Notes under the pieces: generated by a model
What the model was told of the DNA's origin: nothing
The model's database searches: none
The model's input: only the letters and a program-made list of their open reading frames with translations
IMG/VR virus record: IMGVR_UViG_3300020577_008610
Span: 64,001 to 128,000 of that record
From: a virus
Taxonomy: Duplodnaviria; Caudoviricetes
Length of the DNA: 64,000 nt
Reading direction: 5' to 3' (one strand)
Made by a program: the position numbers and the translations under genes
Shown here: positions 10,100 through 19,423 of the stretch, one piece after another
Numbering within the stretch: the stretch's first letter is position 1
Layout of the letters: each line of letters begins with the position of its first letter

Positions 10100-10986
10100 G
10101 CTTCTCTGGACCCGCTGTTGAGAATGTTGGAAATTAGGTTGAAATTGAGTGTCTGAAGATTGGAGGCAAGTGTTTTATTGCGAGTGTGGTTTACCCGCTC
10201 AAAGGGTTCAAATACCACCACAGGAACAATCCCTATGCGGGAGTAGTTCATCAGGTGTTCGGTATCCTCACCCCAGAATTGCTTAAACCGCTCGTCATAG
10301 CCATTCTTGACCATCACATGCCGGTCACCGAAGTAGAGCCCATTGCCCAGTCGATAGTCATTCTTCAGGTTTAGGACGCCGCCGTTAGGGAATTGCTGGA
10401 ACTTCCCGATGATGTTGTTGAAGTTGGTGTAGGACAGCCTTACGTCTACGTCCAGAACGAACATGTGGTCATAGGTGGCATTTTGGAGACAGAGGTTCCG
10501 GGCGTAAGCCATGTGGAACTTCTCCAGCGGCTCCTTGTGGACTCGAATTCCTGGGGGGAGATCTGCATCCCCAAAAAGGACCACACTGATTTCCATGTTC
10601 TCATGTAGCCACTTCTGGTAGTGTTTGATCGTCTCCCGGAAGATTGAGATGTATGGCTCATCCGCTGTGCATATGAACCCAAAGGTCACCCCTGGAATGT
10701 ACTTGGCTGTCTCCTTGGGGAAGGCAAGCTTCAGCCGAGCTGCTTCTTTTAGGACAAACAAGTGAAAGGAGTGGTCGTCATATGCTAGAGCCTCGATGAG
10801 CCGTGCTCCTTCAATCTCAATTTCCTGTGGAAGACGTCCGTGCCAAACTCCCAGCATGGAATGCAGCGGTGCTTCCAGGAAGTGCTTCTCGAAATCTGTG
10901 ACATTTGTGAAAAAGTAGTGGGGACCAGCACAATAAGGCATGGTACCCTCGAACTTGTGCCGAGCACATTCCATGGAAAGAGTCAT
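10069..10986 (-). CDS. Glycosyltransferase, GT2/GT7-like
   Basis: AYARNLCL..A; LDVDV; GYDERFKQFWGEDTE. Confidence 0.75.
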   Translation of the reverse strand: MTLSMECARHKFEGTMPYCAGPHYFFTNVTDFEKHFLEAPLHSMLGVWHGRLPQEIEIEGARLIEALAYDDHSFHLFVLKEAARLKLAFPKETAKYIPGVTFGFICTADEPYISIFRETIKHYQKWLHENMEISVVLFGDADLPPGIRVHKEPLEKFHMAYARNLCLQNATYDHMFVLDVDVRLSYTNFNNIIGKFQQFPNGGVLNLKNDYRLGNGLYFGDRHVMVKNGYDERFKQFWGEDTEHLMNYSRIGIVPVVVFEPFERVNHTRNKTLASNLQTLNFNLISNILNSGSREACPPLIQTAI

Positions 10987-11011
10987 TCGCTAAGTCTAGC
11001 GAACGGAATGC

Positions 11012-11815
11012 CTATTGCACTTCCACGTCCAAAATTTTGACTTGATCGTTGCTGAAGACGGCAACTTCTGGAATTCCCTCCACCAAGTCCTCACCGTAGA
11101 AGACAACGGCATCGTAGACGTTGGAAGAGGCTTGCCTTGCTTCTTCCTTGTCCTTGGTGACCAGAACCCTGAAAGCGGTGACAGAGACGGTATAGACCTT
11201 GGGACGGTACTTGGAAGAATCGAGACCAACATCATCCAGTAGGTCATACATCCACGACGGGGAGCCGGTGTTGCCCCCGAAGATATTCGTGAAGTCATCC
11301 AGGCCGTTATCTCCTCGTTCGCCCTTTTTGGCACCTGGGATGAAGTCGGCAATATCTGAAATGGTGTTCGGATCCACCTTCAGGAATTGCTGGAACCCTT
11401 GAGAATCAAACGTTCCTTCTCCTGGTGGGGGGTTGTCATTCCAAAATCCATGAGCCCGTGCAAAAGTCTCCCAGGCATCTGGGCCTTCCTTGTAGATGGC
11501 CTCCAGGAACTCTCCGGCTGGCTTGTTCATACTCTTCAGGTCTTGAATGACTTCAGGGGGAAGACCCATGTTCCTGTTGGCGTTGGCATACTTCCAGGCC
11601 GCTCGTTTGGAAGGAGTGAAAAAGAGCCCTTTCCCGTAGTAGGCATTGACCAGTTCATCTCGGCTTTTCCCAATGTCAAAAGCCTTGAAAGAAGCCGTGG
11701 TGCCGTGATAAAGGGTAACAGGCTGGCCCGAAGTAAGACCTTCTAGGCCGTAGTAGGAGAGGTTCAGGTCGGGGGACTCTTTGAGTAACCACTTCCAGTG
11801 ACGTTGTAGTCTCAT
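11012..11815 (-). CDS. ADP-ribosyltransferase-fold protein (ART-PolyVal-like)
   Basis: LYHGT..FKAFD; YGKGLFFTPS..AA.KYA; C-terminal YDAVV and EVAVFS..QVK; TACTTA upstream. Confidence 0.65.
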   Translation of the reverse strand: MRLQRHWKWLLKESPDLNLSYYGLEGLTSGQPVTLYHGTTASFKAFDIGKSRDELVNAYYGKGLFFTPSKRAAWKYANANRNMGLPPEVIQDLKSMNKPAGEFLEAIYKEGPDAWETFARAHGFWNDNPPPGEGTFDSQGFQQFLKVDPNTISDIADFIPGAKKGERGDNGLDDFTNIFGGNTGSPSWMYDLLDDVGLDSSKYRPKVYTVSVTAFRVLVTKDKEEARQASSNVYDAVVFYGEDLVEGIPEVAVFSNDQVKILDVEVQ

Positions 11816-11837
11816 GGAAGTAAGTATTCAAGGCGGG

Positions 11838-14800
11838 TTACGGCTTCGCAGGAGCCTCAGAAAAGCCACCGAAAGCGAGAGCGGAGGAATGGCCCTTGCC
11901 CACCCCGAACACGAATACCCCAGGCTGCTCAGGGATCATTCTCCAGGGGTCAATCACCACAGACCCAGCAGGAAACTTATAATCCCGGAATACAGCGTGG
12001 TGGGTGCCAATAAAGAAACACTTGGCAGGCCCATTAGCATACGGATTCACCGTCTTGTCCTCGGCCTTGTCCACCCAAGGATCATACATCTCAGCCTCGA
12101 TGCCCCTCTCGGCCAGGATGTTCTTCAGGAGGATCGCAGGAGAGCCAACCTCAAGGTTGGTCTGCTCCTTGAATGCCTTCCCGAGAATAACCACAGGAAG
12201 AGTTCTGTACTCCTTGACTGTGAAGTCTTCTGCGGAGTAAATGCCAACCTTTCGGTACTTCTCAACCAGATTGGCCAGGAAGTCCGTCTGCTTTTCTCTT
12301 GCCATCATGATGGCCTCATGGAAGTCAAAGGTCATCCCTAGCTTCCTGGAGAGCCAAGAGAGGGCGATGTTGTCCCGAGGGTGGCAGTTGTTTGATATAC
12401 CTGATGTAGTCAGATAGTTGTGAGTTCCTTCAACATTAAGGTTGTACACAGTACCCTTGTAGTCTTCCAGTTCTACCTTGACAACTTGGTGGTAAGATAC
12501 ACCATCAATTACCGGGATTTCTCGCTGGATAAACTGTGCAATCGCTGGTTTATGGTTTTGTTCACCAAGCAAGGTGCAAAGCTTTTGAACATATTGGTCA
12601 TTTTCAACTCTGACCTTCCATTGAGGTTTTCGATTGCACCCATCATTGCTGTTTTTCTTTTCAACAGTAATTGTTGGCACAATGCCAAACTTCCTGAGAA
12701 TGAAGTAAAGGTTAGAAGCCAAGACCTCAGAAGTGGTTGTGTAGCTCAAACCCTTGCCATTCTTCATGTTGCATCCATCCCCTGCCCACATGCTTTGTAC
12801 CAATGGAGTCAACACTTCTGGTTTGGCAAAAAGCAGCCATGGCGGGATTGTCTTCTTTGAAGAACCTCTCCCAAAGTCGTTCAAGAGCTTGCGTTTCAGG
12901 TCAGCAGAACTAATCCGAATATCCAAGCCATTTCGCTTGTTGTGCTTCTTTGCTGAAACGCGCTTGCTAGGATACAAACGCTTCAATGATTTAGTGAGAT
13001 CGGTATGCAATTCAGTTTCATTGGAATGGAAACTGAAAGCAACACGAGGCTCATTAGCGATAGAACCTTCTGCAAGATAGTAACCAGCTACCTTCAAGTA
13101 ATCCTCTGTGGCATGCTTGGGCATTGCAAAGTCTTGGTTGTGTGCCTCAAATGGGAAAAGAATGTGATGCCTGTTCGGTTCCAGTTCCCAGCCCTTGACT
13201 TCTTTTACTGTTGTCACCTTAGTTTTATCTTCCAGTTCGGCCACCAAGAACGTGTGGTCCAAGGTAAACTTCATGGCAGGCAAACCTTTTACATGCACAT
13301 TCACAAGTTGTGAGTGATAAGGTCGCCTATACGTTTCAAGCACCTTGTGAAACTGCCCATCCGAAGACAACACCATGTCACCCTTCTGGATATCTTTGGT
13401 CTGTCTCACTCCTAACTCCGTGAAAACATTACAGTTTTCAAGGGTGCATCCCCCACCGTCTCCCATGCCTGCATTCAGGTACTTCGTAGAGATGAGACGT
13501 TCCTTCCCCAGCTTCAGAGCCGAAGTCACCTCATCCACATCTGCTCCGGTGTGGTGACAGATTTCCATGAGGTTGTTGACAAAGGCAATCTTGGTGGAGA
13601 TGAAGGTGTTACCCTGCCATGAGCATTTGCCATTTCTTCGCGTCAAAAACACATGATTCTTAGGCAGGACGGCACAATAGATCATGCCCTCGTATTCTGG
13701 CACTTCCTCATACTTCAATCCAACCTTGGATGAACGCTGAAATAGGGATGTTCTGCCTGTGAGCTCGTAGATAAGGTTGCAAGGCTTGTTTGAAAGCTCA
13801 CTCTCGTAGGCCCGATATGAGGGGAAGTGGCCTGCCTTGATAATCAGCTCGCCAATGTCCGCTGCCATCTGCTCTGACGAGGTGGCGTAATAACGATCAA
13901 ACTCCCCGGTGGGTTCGCCATTGAATCTAGTTCTTGCTTGCTTACTGCCATCAGCTTGGTTGTAAACATCCAAGAACAGCCTGATCTCCGGACGACCAAG
14001 CTTCTTGAGCCATGATGGCACGTACTTATCAAATGACTTACCAAACTGGCACAGGTATTCCCCGAGTTCGGCATGGTAGAAAGTGACACCTGACTCTTGC
14101 TGGCAGATTCCATTGCTGCTTCCAAGAGCAGCTTGCAGCGCGGCGACGGTCTGAACGATGGAATTGTACTTTTCCAAATTTTTGGAACGGTTCTGAGAAA
14201 TGATAATTTGGTAGGAGTTCTCAGAAACCTTGGTTGTGCATCCTTCTGCCAAATACCAAGCCATGAACTCAGTCATAAGCTCTATCGGAACTTCTCCAAA
14301 CCCCAGGTTAACGGTTTCTGGGGACTTTAGGTCCCAGTTTGTGTGCCTGAGAAAAGCAAATGATTTCCTCTTGATAACTTCATTTGCTTTCTCCAGCTTC
14401 CACTCGTAAGAGTAGCTCTTGCCATTGGCTGGCTTAGAGCTGAGTGTACCGATAAACATGTTGTGTCCTGGAGTGACAAACACATCATCCTTTCGACTTT
14501 GGAATCGAATCATAGGCCCCTGGTGGTAACGGCCAACGATTTTGTCTGGCTTTACCCATTCGGGCACGAGGGTGTCTGGGTTCAGACTGAGTATTTCGTC
14601 CTTCTCGGCAACATTCGGAAACAGCTTCCACCCACCCGAAGTCAAAACTTCTGTGTCTTCCGAGTAGCAGTTATAAGCAACCTTCACAAGTTCAGCACTC
14701 TTGATGGAGCATCGATAGAACGGAGCATTGTGGATGGTCTTGTAGAAGGCTTCAGCGAGGTCAGCCGTCTTCTCGTCACTCATTCCAAAGAGGACAAACT

Positions 14801-15308
14801 CCGGGTGAGTAAAGTCGTACCTTGTGGTGCCCATAGCAATGAAGAAAGGGTTGTAGCAAAGCTTGAAATGCTTACCCAAGTGAGGAATCACCTTGGAATC
14901 CATGGTTCCTGGGAGCACCGTGGAAATGACCACCACGGGCTTGTCCTTGCCGTTCTTCTCAATGGCTTCATTGAGCTGCTTGCAAGCTTCAATCAGGTAA
15001 GTGTAATCAAAATCCACACGATCTTCTGGGATTCGAGTCACGCCCTCGTATCGTGGGTTGTGTGGCGTCTGAACGGCCACAAAGATCAGGTCCGCAAAGT
15101 CCACCATCTCCTGAACGGAAACCACCCGAATCTTGGTGTTCTGCAATAGCTCAGGCGTCCCTTCCTCTCGGTAGGGTATTTGCTTTGTCCTGATGTACTC
15201 AGCAACAGCAGGGTTTGGGTCATAACCCACAACCTCGTGTCCAGCCGCTTCAGAAGCCAGGGCACATGGTAGCCCCAATTTTCCGAGCCCACAGTATCCT
15301 ACACGCAT
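11838..15308 (-). CDS. ugd: UDP-glucose/GDP-mannose 6-dehydrogenase family protein with two inteins
   Basis: MRVGYCGLGKLG Rossmann motif, AVQTP, ISTVLPGT, AELVKVAYN|TF, GGG|CHPRD; predicted spliced length 448 aa. Confidence 0.9.
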   Translation of the reverse strand: MRVGYCGLGKLGLPCALASEAAGHEVVGYDPNPAVAEYIRTKQIPYREEGTPELLQNTKIRVVSVQEMVDFADLIFVAVQTPHNPRYEGVTRIPEDRVDFDYTYLIEACKQLNEAIEKNGKDKPVVVISTVLPGTMDSKVIPHLGKHFKLCYNPFFIAMGTTRYDFTHPEFVLFGMSDEKTADLAEAFYKTIHNAPFYRCSIKSAELVKVAYNCYSEDTEVLTSGGWKLFPNVAEKDEILSLNPDTLVPEWVKPDKIVGRYHQGPMIRFQSRKDDVFVTPGHNMFIGTLSSKPANGKSYSYEWKLEKANEVIKRKSFAFLRHTNWDLKSPETVNLGFGEVPIELMTEFMAWYLAEGCTTKVSENSYQIIISQNRSKNLEKYNSIVQTVAALQAALGSSNGICQQESGVTFYHAELGEYLCQFGKSFDKYVPSWLKKLGRPEIRLFLDVYNQADGSKQARTRFNGEPTGEFDRYYATSSEQMAADIGELIIKAGHFPSYRAYESELSNKPCNLIYELTGRTSLFQRSSKVGLKYEEVPEYEGMIYCAVLPKNHVFLTRRNGKCSWQGNTFISTKIAFVNNLMEICHHTGADVDEVTSALKLGKERLISTKYLNAGMGDGGGCTLENCNVFTELGVRQTKDIQKGDMVLSSDGQFHKVLETYRRPYHSQLVNVHVKGLPAMKFTLDHTFLVAELEDKTKVTTVKEVKGWELEPNRHHILFPFEAHNQDFAMPKHATEDYLKVAGYYLAEGSIANEPRVAFSFHSNETELHTDLTKSLKRLYPSKRVSAKKHNKRNGLDIRISSADLKRKLLNDFGRGSSKKTIPPWLLFAKPEVLTPLVQSMWAGDGCNMKNGKGLSYTTTSEVLASNLYFILRKFGIVPTITVEKKNSNDGCNRKPQWKVRVENDQYVQKLCTLLGEQNHKPAIAQFIQREIPVIDGVSYHQVVKVELEDYKGTVYNLNVEGTHNYLTTSGISNNCHPRDNIALSWLSRKLGMTFDFHEAIMMAREKQTDFLANLVEKYRKVGIYSAEDFTVKEYRTLPVVILGKAFKEQTNLEVGSPAILLKNILAERGIEAEMYDPWVDKAEDKTVNPYANGPAKCFFIGTHHAVFRDYKFPAGSVVIDPWRMIPEQPGVFVFGVGKGHSSALAFGGFSEAPAKP
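12387..13448 (-). mobile_element. Intein 2 in dehydrogenase (354 aa, LAGLIDADG-type endonuclease)
   Basis: Starts CTLEN, FTLDHTF, GYYLAEG and WAGDG, VYNLNVEGTHNY, ends SNN followed by Cys. Confidence 0.9.
13608..14669 (-). mobile_element. Intein 1 in dehydrogenase (354 aa, LAGLIDADG-type endonuclease)
   Basis: Starts CYSEDTEVLT, block B VTPGHNM, AWYLAEG and NQADG, ends SWQGN followed by Thr. Confidence 0.9.
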
Positions 15309-15309
15309 T

Positions 15310-16092
15310 TTAGCCTTCTTTCCACTTCCACTTGAAACCACCCGCACTAGGACGGCCCCCATTGCAACACCTAGAAATTGACTGATACGCAATTCCCACG
15401 GCAGCTTGTGCTTCTTTCAAGCTGTCAAATTCTGCAACCAGAATACCTGTTACTCGATCCAATTGTACAACAGCTTTTTCATGTTGTTGGATGACAGCGG
15501 CCATCTTGTAACGAGTCTCAACAGACCACTTGTGACCATAAGCAGGATGATTTGAACCTTTTTTCCCAAAATTGGGATGCTTTTCACCAGAGTTCAACTC
15601 ACTCAGTTTCTTCTTGGTAGCTTCAGATAGCACTTTCCCCTTATGGGCTTCGCTGATTTTCTGCCGTACATTCTCCGACAGGTGCTTCCCAAAGTTGACA
15701 TGCTGGTCCCCTTTGCCAAACCATGTCCTGCTCATTTTGGCCATAGCTTCAGGTGAGTGCTTTTGTCCTCGAAAAGTTTGCTCAACACTGCACATGATGT
15801 TGTAACAGTACTCTTTTCCAGCATGTTCATCCAAGAGTTTCTGTTCAGCAGCATCTAGTTCAATGGCAGGCAGGAGTGTCACAATGCTCATTTCAAAGGC
15901 ATCTGAACCGTGTTTGTTGAAAGCATGCTGAAGACGTGGATTGTCATGAGTGCCTTTGGTTAGGTGTTCACAGTGATCTCGAAAGCGCCTACGAAGGTTG
16001 TCAGACTGGCCATAGTAGCACTTGCCATCAAGAACATTCCGTATGCAGTATAGACCACACAACCGTTTCCCTTTTGGAGCTTCAAACTTCAT
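15310..16092 (-). CDS. GIY-YIG homing endonuclease with NUMOD3/NUMOD1 repeats
   Basis: GLYCIRN...YYGQS..L..RF..H; HSPEAMAKMS, LSENVRQKISEAHKG; AGGFKW. Confidence 0.9.
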   Translation of the reverse strand: MKFEAPKGKRLCGLYCIRNVLDGKCYYGQSDNLRRRFRDHCEHLTKGTHDNPRLQHAFNKHGSDAFEMSIVTLLPAIELDAAEQKLLDEHAGKEYCYNIMCSVEQTFRGQKHSPEAMAKMSRTWFGKGDQHVNFGKHLSENVRQKISEAHKGKVLSEATKKKLSELNSGEKHPNFGKKGSNHPAYGHKWSVETRYKMAAVIQQHEKAVVQLDRVTGILVAEFDSLKEAQAAVGIAYQSISRCCNGGRPSAGGFKWKWKEG

Positions 16093-16161
16093 ATAGCCAA
16101 GTATGAGCCAAGCTTACCCAATTACACATATCCACTTCATGAGTATGAACACAGGGGAGGT

Positions 16162-16770
16162 TTAGAGGATCAAAAGGCAACTCACTCCTGGGGTGTCGTA
16201 CACGGTAAAAAGATTGAGCCGAAGAAACGTTTTGTATTCGAATTCCTTGAAGAACTCGATCCACTGTTCCTTGGTTTTGCAGTTGATGTGAGTGGGGTCT
16301 TGACGAGATACTTCCAGAGCAAAGGTCTTGCCACCATCCGTTGAGGACGGAATTCGGACCAACAGAACCCTGGGATTCATCTTGGTTAGTACCTTGGCAA
16401 TCTCTTGGTCCGTCATGTGCTCGAAAACATCCAGAGCAATCAAGAGGTCAGGCCGGCTGAAAACTATATCATCAATCGACTTGTGAACAAGAAGGCCATT
16501 CTTTTGGGCTATCTCTCTGGCCCAGTCAGAGATTTCCACGCCGATTGTATTCTTCAGACCAACCTCTCGGAGACCTTCAATTAGGAAACCAACAGCGCAC
16601 CCGAAGTCAATGATCAAGCTATCACGATCAACCAGGCTGATAGTTCGAAAAAGGCCAGCCAGCTCATAGGCTATCTTCTTGTAGCGGTCGGCTCTCTCCA
16701 GGTAGTCGGCATAGTTGGAAGATTGGTAATACTCTGCTGTATAGATGTTTGGGTCAACTGGTTCCGTCAT
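16162..16770 (-). CDS. Class I SAM-dependent methyltransferase
   Basis: IIDFGCAVGF; GVEISDWA; LDVFEHM; DPTHIN. Confidence 0.9.
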   Translation of the reverse strand: MTEPVDPNIYTAEYYQSSNYADYLERADRYKKIAYELAGLFRTISLVDRDSLIIDFGCAVGFLIEGLREVGLKNTIGVEISDWAREIAQKNGLLVHKSIDDIVFSRPDLLIALDVFEHMTDQEIAKVLTKMNPRVLLVRIPSSTDGGKTFALEVSRQDPTHINCKTKEQWIEFFKEFEYKTFLRLNLFTVYDTPGVSCLLIL

Positions 16771-17126
16771 GGCTTGCCCTCTAGCACACTAACTTGACCA
16801 AAAAACTCCGATTTGGCCATCTTGTCCCCATATCGGCTCATGATCCCTTTTCGGGAACTGAACTCCTTTGAGACAGTCTTCAGGCCAGCCTTTCGAAGCC
16901 GTTGCTCCAGGGCTACAGACTCCACACTGGCATAGATCGAACCGGAGTGATGGTAGTGCCGATACCCCACTGAGCAGGTTCCTGGCTGGTTGCAGGATGA
17001 TTGATAATAGGCTGACGTGAGCAACAAGTGGTGCTGGTTGTACGACGAGCCAGAGTGAACGGTCAGAGCACCAGACAGGTTCGAATGGTTCTGGCCGTAT
17101 GAAAGGAAGTAAACTGAGCATGTCAT
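16767..17126 (-). CDS. Small protein with LRKAGLK motif and gp23-like C-terminal segment
   Basis: EFSSRKGIMSRYGDKMAKSEFFG resembles the C-terminus of T4-like major capsid proteins; overlaps upstream ORF in another frame. Confidence 0.45.
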   Translation of the reverse strand: MTCSVYFLSYGQNHSNLSGALTVHSGSSYNQHHLLLTSAYYQSSCNQPGTCSVGYRHYHHSGSIYASVESVALEQRLRKAGLKTVSKEFSSRKGIMSRYGDKMAKSEFFGQVSVLEGKP

Positions 17127-17319
17127 GACGCTTTATTGACTCCAAGTCTCTCAGGAATTCAACGTCAATGTCTTCTGAGATGCTCTGTGCCAATTCTTCA
17201 GTTAGCCTACTCTCCGGAGACGTGACCTTCAATCCGGCCTTACGTAGTCGTTGGTAGAGATGCTTTGACGTTTTCCAGGCTTCTTGAGCCTGTTTCCAAT
17301 GCGTTGGTGTCCAAGTCAT
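16789..17319 (-). CDS. Small protein with LRKAGLK motif and gp23-like segment (3' extent uncertain)
   Basis: ATGA overlap with the GIY-YIG stop; LTEELAQSISEDIDVEFLRDL resembles the gp23 ...EIDREIL.DL helix. Confidence 0.45.
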   Translation of the reverse strand: MTWTPTHWKQAQEAWKTSKHLYQRLRKAGLKVTSPESRLTEELAQSISEDIDVEFLRDLESIKRHDMLSLLPFIRPEPFEPVWCSDRSLWLVVQPAPLVAHVSLLSIILQPARNLLSGVSALPSLRFDLCQCGVCSPGATASKGWPEDCLKGVQFPKRDHEPIWGQDGQIGVFWSS

Positions 17320-17966
17320 GGCAACAATCGCCAACCCTTTGTTTGAGAGATTTTGCCTCGAATCAAAGCTCCCAACCCTTGAGGCAAAAGTCCGTGCGTC
17401 TTGGAAAAAGCATTAAGGTTGGTGATTGGTCCGAAAACTTCTCCGGTAGGGGATAAAAGTTTCACATCAAATGTCTTGGCTTGAGCTTTGCTGATGTTCA
17501 ACTTCCACTCGTCCGTGAACGGAGTACGCTCCTTGCCTTTCCTGGTCTCTCCAATCTTTCGTTTGTGGTCTTCGGTGAATTTCTTACCCTTCTTCACCTC
17601 AGACCACATTCGAAGTTGTTCCGGAGTAAGCTTGGCTCCCTTGCGGTTAGGTGGCTTGCTGGCTTCAGCCTTGATATTGTAACACGTCTTGCAGCCATCC
17701 CAGAACAAGTCAACCCACTCCTGTTCAATCCGATCAAGATCGGGTGCGGCACATGGTTGCATCATGAACATCACAAATGCTTCCGAACCGTACTTATTGA
17801 AGGCTCGCTGCAAGTGAATGTTGTCGTGTTTCCCTCTCTGGAGAAGCGACAAATGCTCATTGAATCGACGCTTCAACCCATTTGCTTGACCGATGTAGAA
17901 ATGGCCGTTCGACATGTTCTCAATCACGTAAACACCAATCAAGGCTTCATATTCAAGGAGTTTCAT
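17316..17966 (-). CDS. GIY-YIG homing endonuclease
   Basis: GVYVIEN...FYIGQA..L..RF.EH; NUMOD3-like FTEDHKRKIGETRKG. Confidence 0.9.
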   Translation of the reverse strand: MKLLEYEALIGVYVIENMSNGHFYIGQANGLKRRFNEHLSLLQRGKHDNIHLQRAFNKYGSEAFVMFMMQPCAAPDLDRIEQEWVDLFWDGCKTCYNIKAEASKPPNRKGAKLTPEQLRMWSEVKKGKKFTEDHKRKIGETRKGKERTPFTDEWKLNISKAQAKTFDVKLLSPTGEVFGPITNLNAFSKTHGLLPQGLGALIRGKISQTKGWRLLP

Positions 17967-19036
17967 GCGAAATTCTTGTCAGGCATTTCCGTGGTAACAT
18001 AATGCAAAATCTCATTGGAATTTTTGTAATAACAATGCCAACACTGGCCTTGGATGTCAATGTCATAAGGATTGCCTCCCGCCTTGAAATTGGCATTCAT
18101 AGAATGCCAGGCTTCTTTGATCTTGTCCGAGTCGCATAGCTTCCAAGTGTCGTGATAGTTCCGGTGCTTTAGAACATGGGAGGTGCACATGTACACACCG
18201 TTCCACACCCAGTAGGGTCTCACCATTCCAACCCAACAGCCGCCTTGGTAGGCATGGAAGGTCTCTCCAATCTCCTTGATGAAGAACTTGGAGTTGGTGT
18301 CAACAGCCTTCACGATGTCACCCCAGTCCTTCTTGATGGTGATGGAGTTCTCGGTGAGGCAGTCAGAGGCGATTCGAACGAACTTGATCTCCGGGTTCAA
18401 TTCCACCAGTTTTGCGATCTTCTGGATGGACTCCACAGTGGTGCCTTCGTAGATGATGTAACTGAATCCCATCTTGGAGACGGGAAATCCCGTGAAGTCG
18501 TAATCCTCAGGGTTCTTACCTTCGTCCAGCTTGATGAGAGAAATTCGAATCCAAGAGAGCTTTGCAGCATTCTCTGGCTTGATGTGCCTGGAAAGCTTCT
18601 CGGAGTTGGTGATAACCCCAATCTCGTAGCCCAAAGAGTGTGCCAACTCAATGATGTGGTTGGCATTTTTGTCCCCATCTTTATAGAGCAGAGGGTTGCC
18701 ACCTCCAGTGATCTCCAAAGACTTGGCTCCCAGTTCTCGGAACTCTCGAAGACCCTTCTCGATGAGAGCAAAAGGGATCTTCTTGTCCACCGACCTCCAG
18801 GATACCGAGCAGAATGGGCAGTTGGAATCGCAAGCTTCTGTGGGAGCAAGCTGGATGGTGATTGGCTTGAAGGTTTTGTCAGCCTGGATGGAATGCAACA
18901 CGTCAGCATGTTGAAGGAGTTTTCCTCCCCAGGTAGAATACGCTTGCGTCTGCTGCTCGTAACTCAGGTTCTCCTTCACAGGAGCCCCAACAGGCTGCTG
19001 CCCTGGCTGAATCACGTTTAACTTTGTTTTACCCAT
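17963..19036 (-). CDS. Radical SAM protein with C-terminal Cys cluster
   Basis: CDSNCPFC (CxxxCxxC); ITGGGNP; CWVG...C...CWHC. Confidence 0.9.
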   Translation of the reverse strand: MGKTKLNVIQPGQQPVGAPVKENLSYEQQTQAYSTWGGKLLQHADVLHSIQADKTFKPITIQLAPTEACDSNCPFCSVSWRSVDKKIPFALIEKGLREFRELGAKSLEITGGGNPLLYKDGDKNANHIIELAHSLGYEIGVITNSEKLSRHIKPENAAKLSWIRISLIKLDEGKNPEDYDFTGFPVSKMGFSYIIYEGTTVESIQKIAKLVELNPEIKFVRIASDCLTENSITIKKDWGDIVKAVDTNSKFFIKEIGETFHAYQGGCWVGMVRPYWVWNGVYMCTSHVLKHRNYHDTWKLCDSDKIKEAWHSMNANFKAGGNPYDIDIQGQCWHCYYKNSNEILHYVTTEMPDKNFA

Positions 19037-19421
19037 GTTGTTTCACCTCACGAATCTGCTGTTCCTCATCGAAGACGGTGGACCCACCCATCAAAAGTCC
19101 AAAGTGGTTTTCGTACCCGGCATTAGAGAAAACTTCATCCCCAGAAGCTTTACTCTCCAGTTCTCGAAACACAGCATCCGAAGACCCAAGAGACGGGTTG
19201 ATAAAAACCTGAATATTCATCCCCTTTCGGATGTACCGCCGCAGGGCATAGAACTCCGAGGAGCTTTTGTGGTCATCGTTATCCACCCACAACAGAACCT
19301 CTACTGGATCAAACTTCTGACCCGTCTTGGCTCTCCAGGCTTCATAACCAACAACGCTGTCCAGAAATTTAAACAGGGTAGCAGGATCTTTTGGGAAATA
19401 CAAGCAAATGGTGATAGACAT
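19029..19421 (-). CDS. Truncated glycosyltransferase-like protein
   Basis: VEVLLWVDNDD and ASGDE echo LEIVFYMDKDD and ATGEI of the adjacent GT2. Confidence 0.5.
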   Translation of the reverse strand: MSITICLYFPKDPATLFKFLDSVVGYEAWRAKTGQKFDPVEVLLWVDNDDHKSSSEFYALRRYIRKGMNIQVFINPSLGSSDAVFRELESKASGDEVFSNAGYENHFGLLMGGSTVFDEEQQIREVKQHG

Positions 19422-19423
19422 AG

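Noticed and set aside
15309-15392. N-terminal extension of the dehydrogenase ORF
   Set aside because: It overlaps the GIY-YIG gene; the Rossmann fold begins at ATG 15308, right after the GIY-YIG stop
15310-17966. Group I introns or duplicated gene tails around these two GIY-YIG genes
   Set aside because: Neighbouring genes abut or overlap them, leaving no room for an intron core; no duplicated tail found
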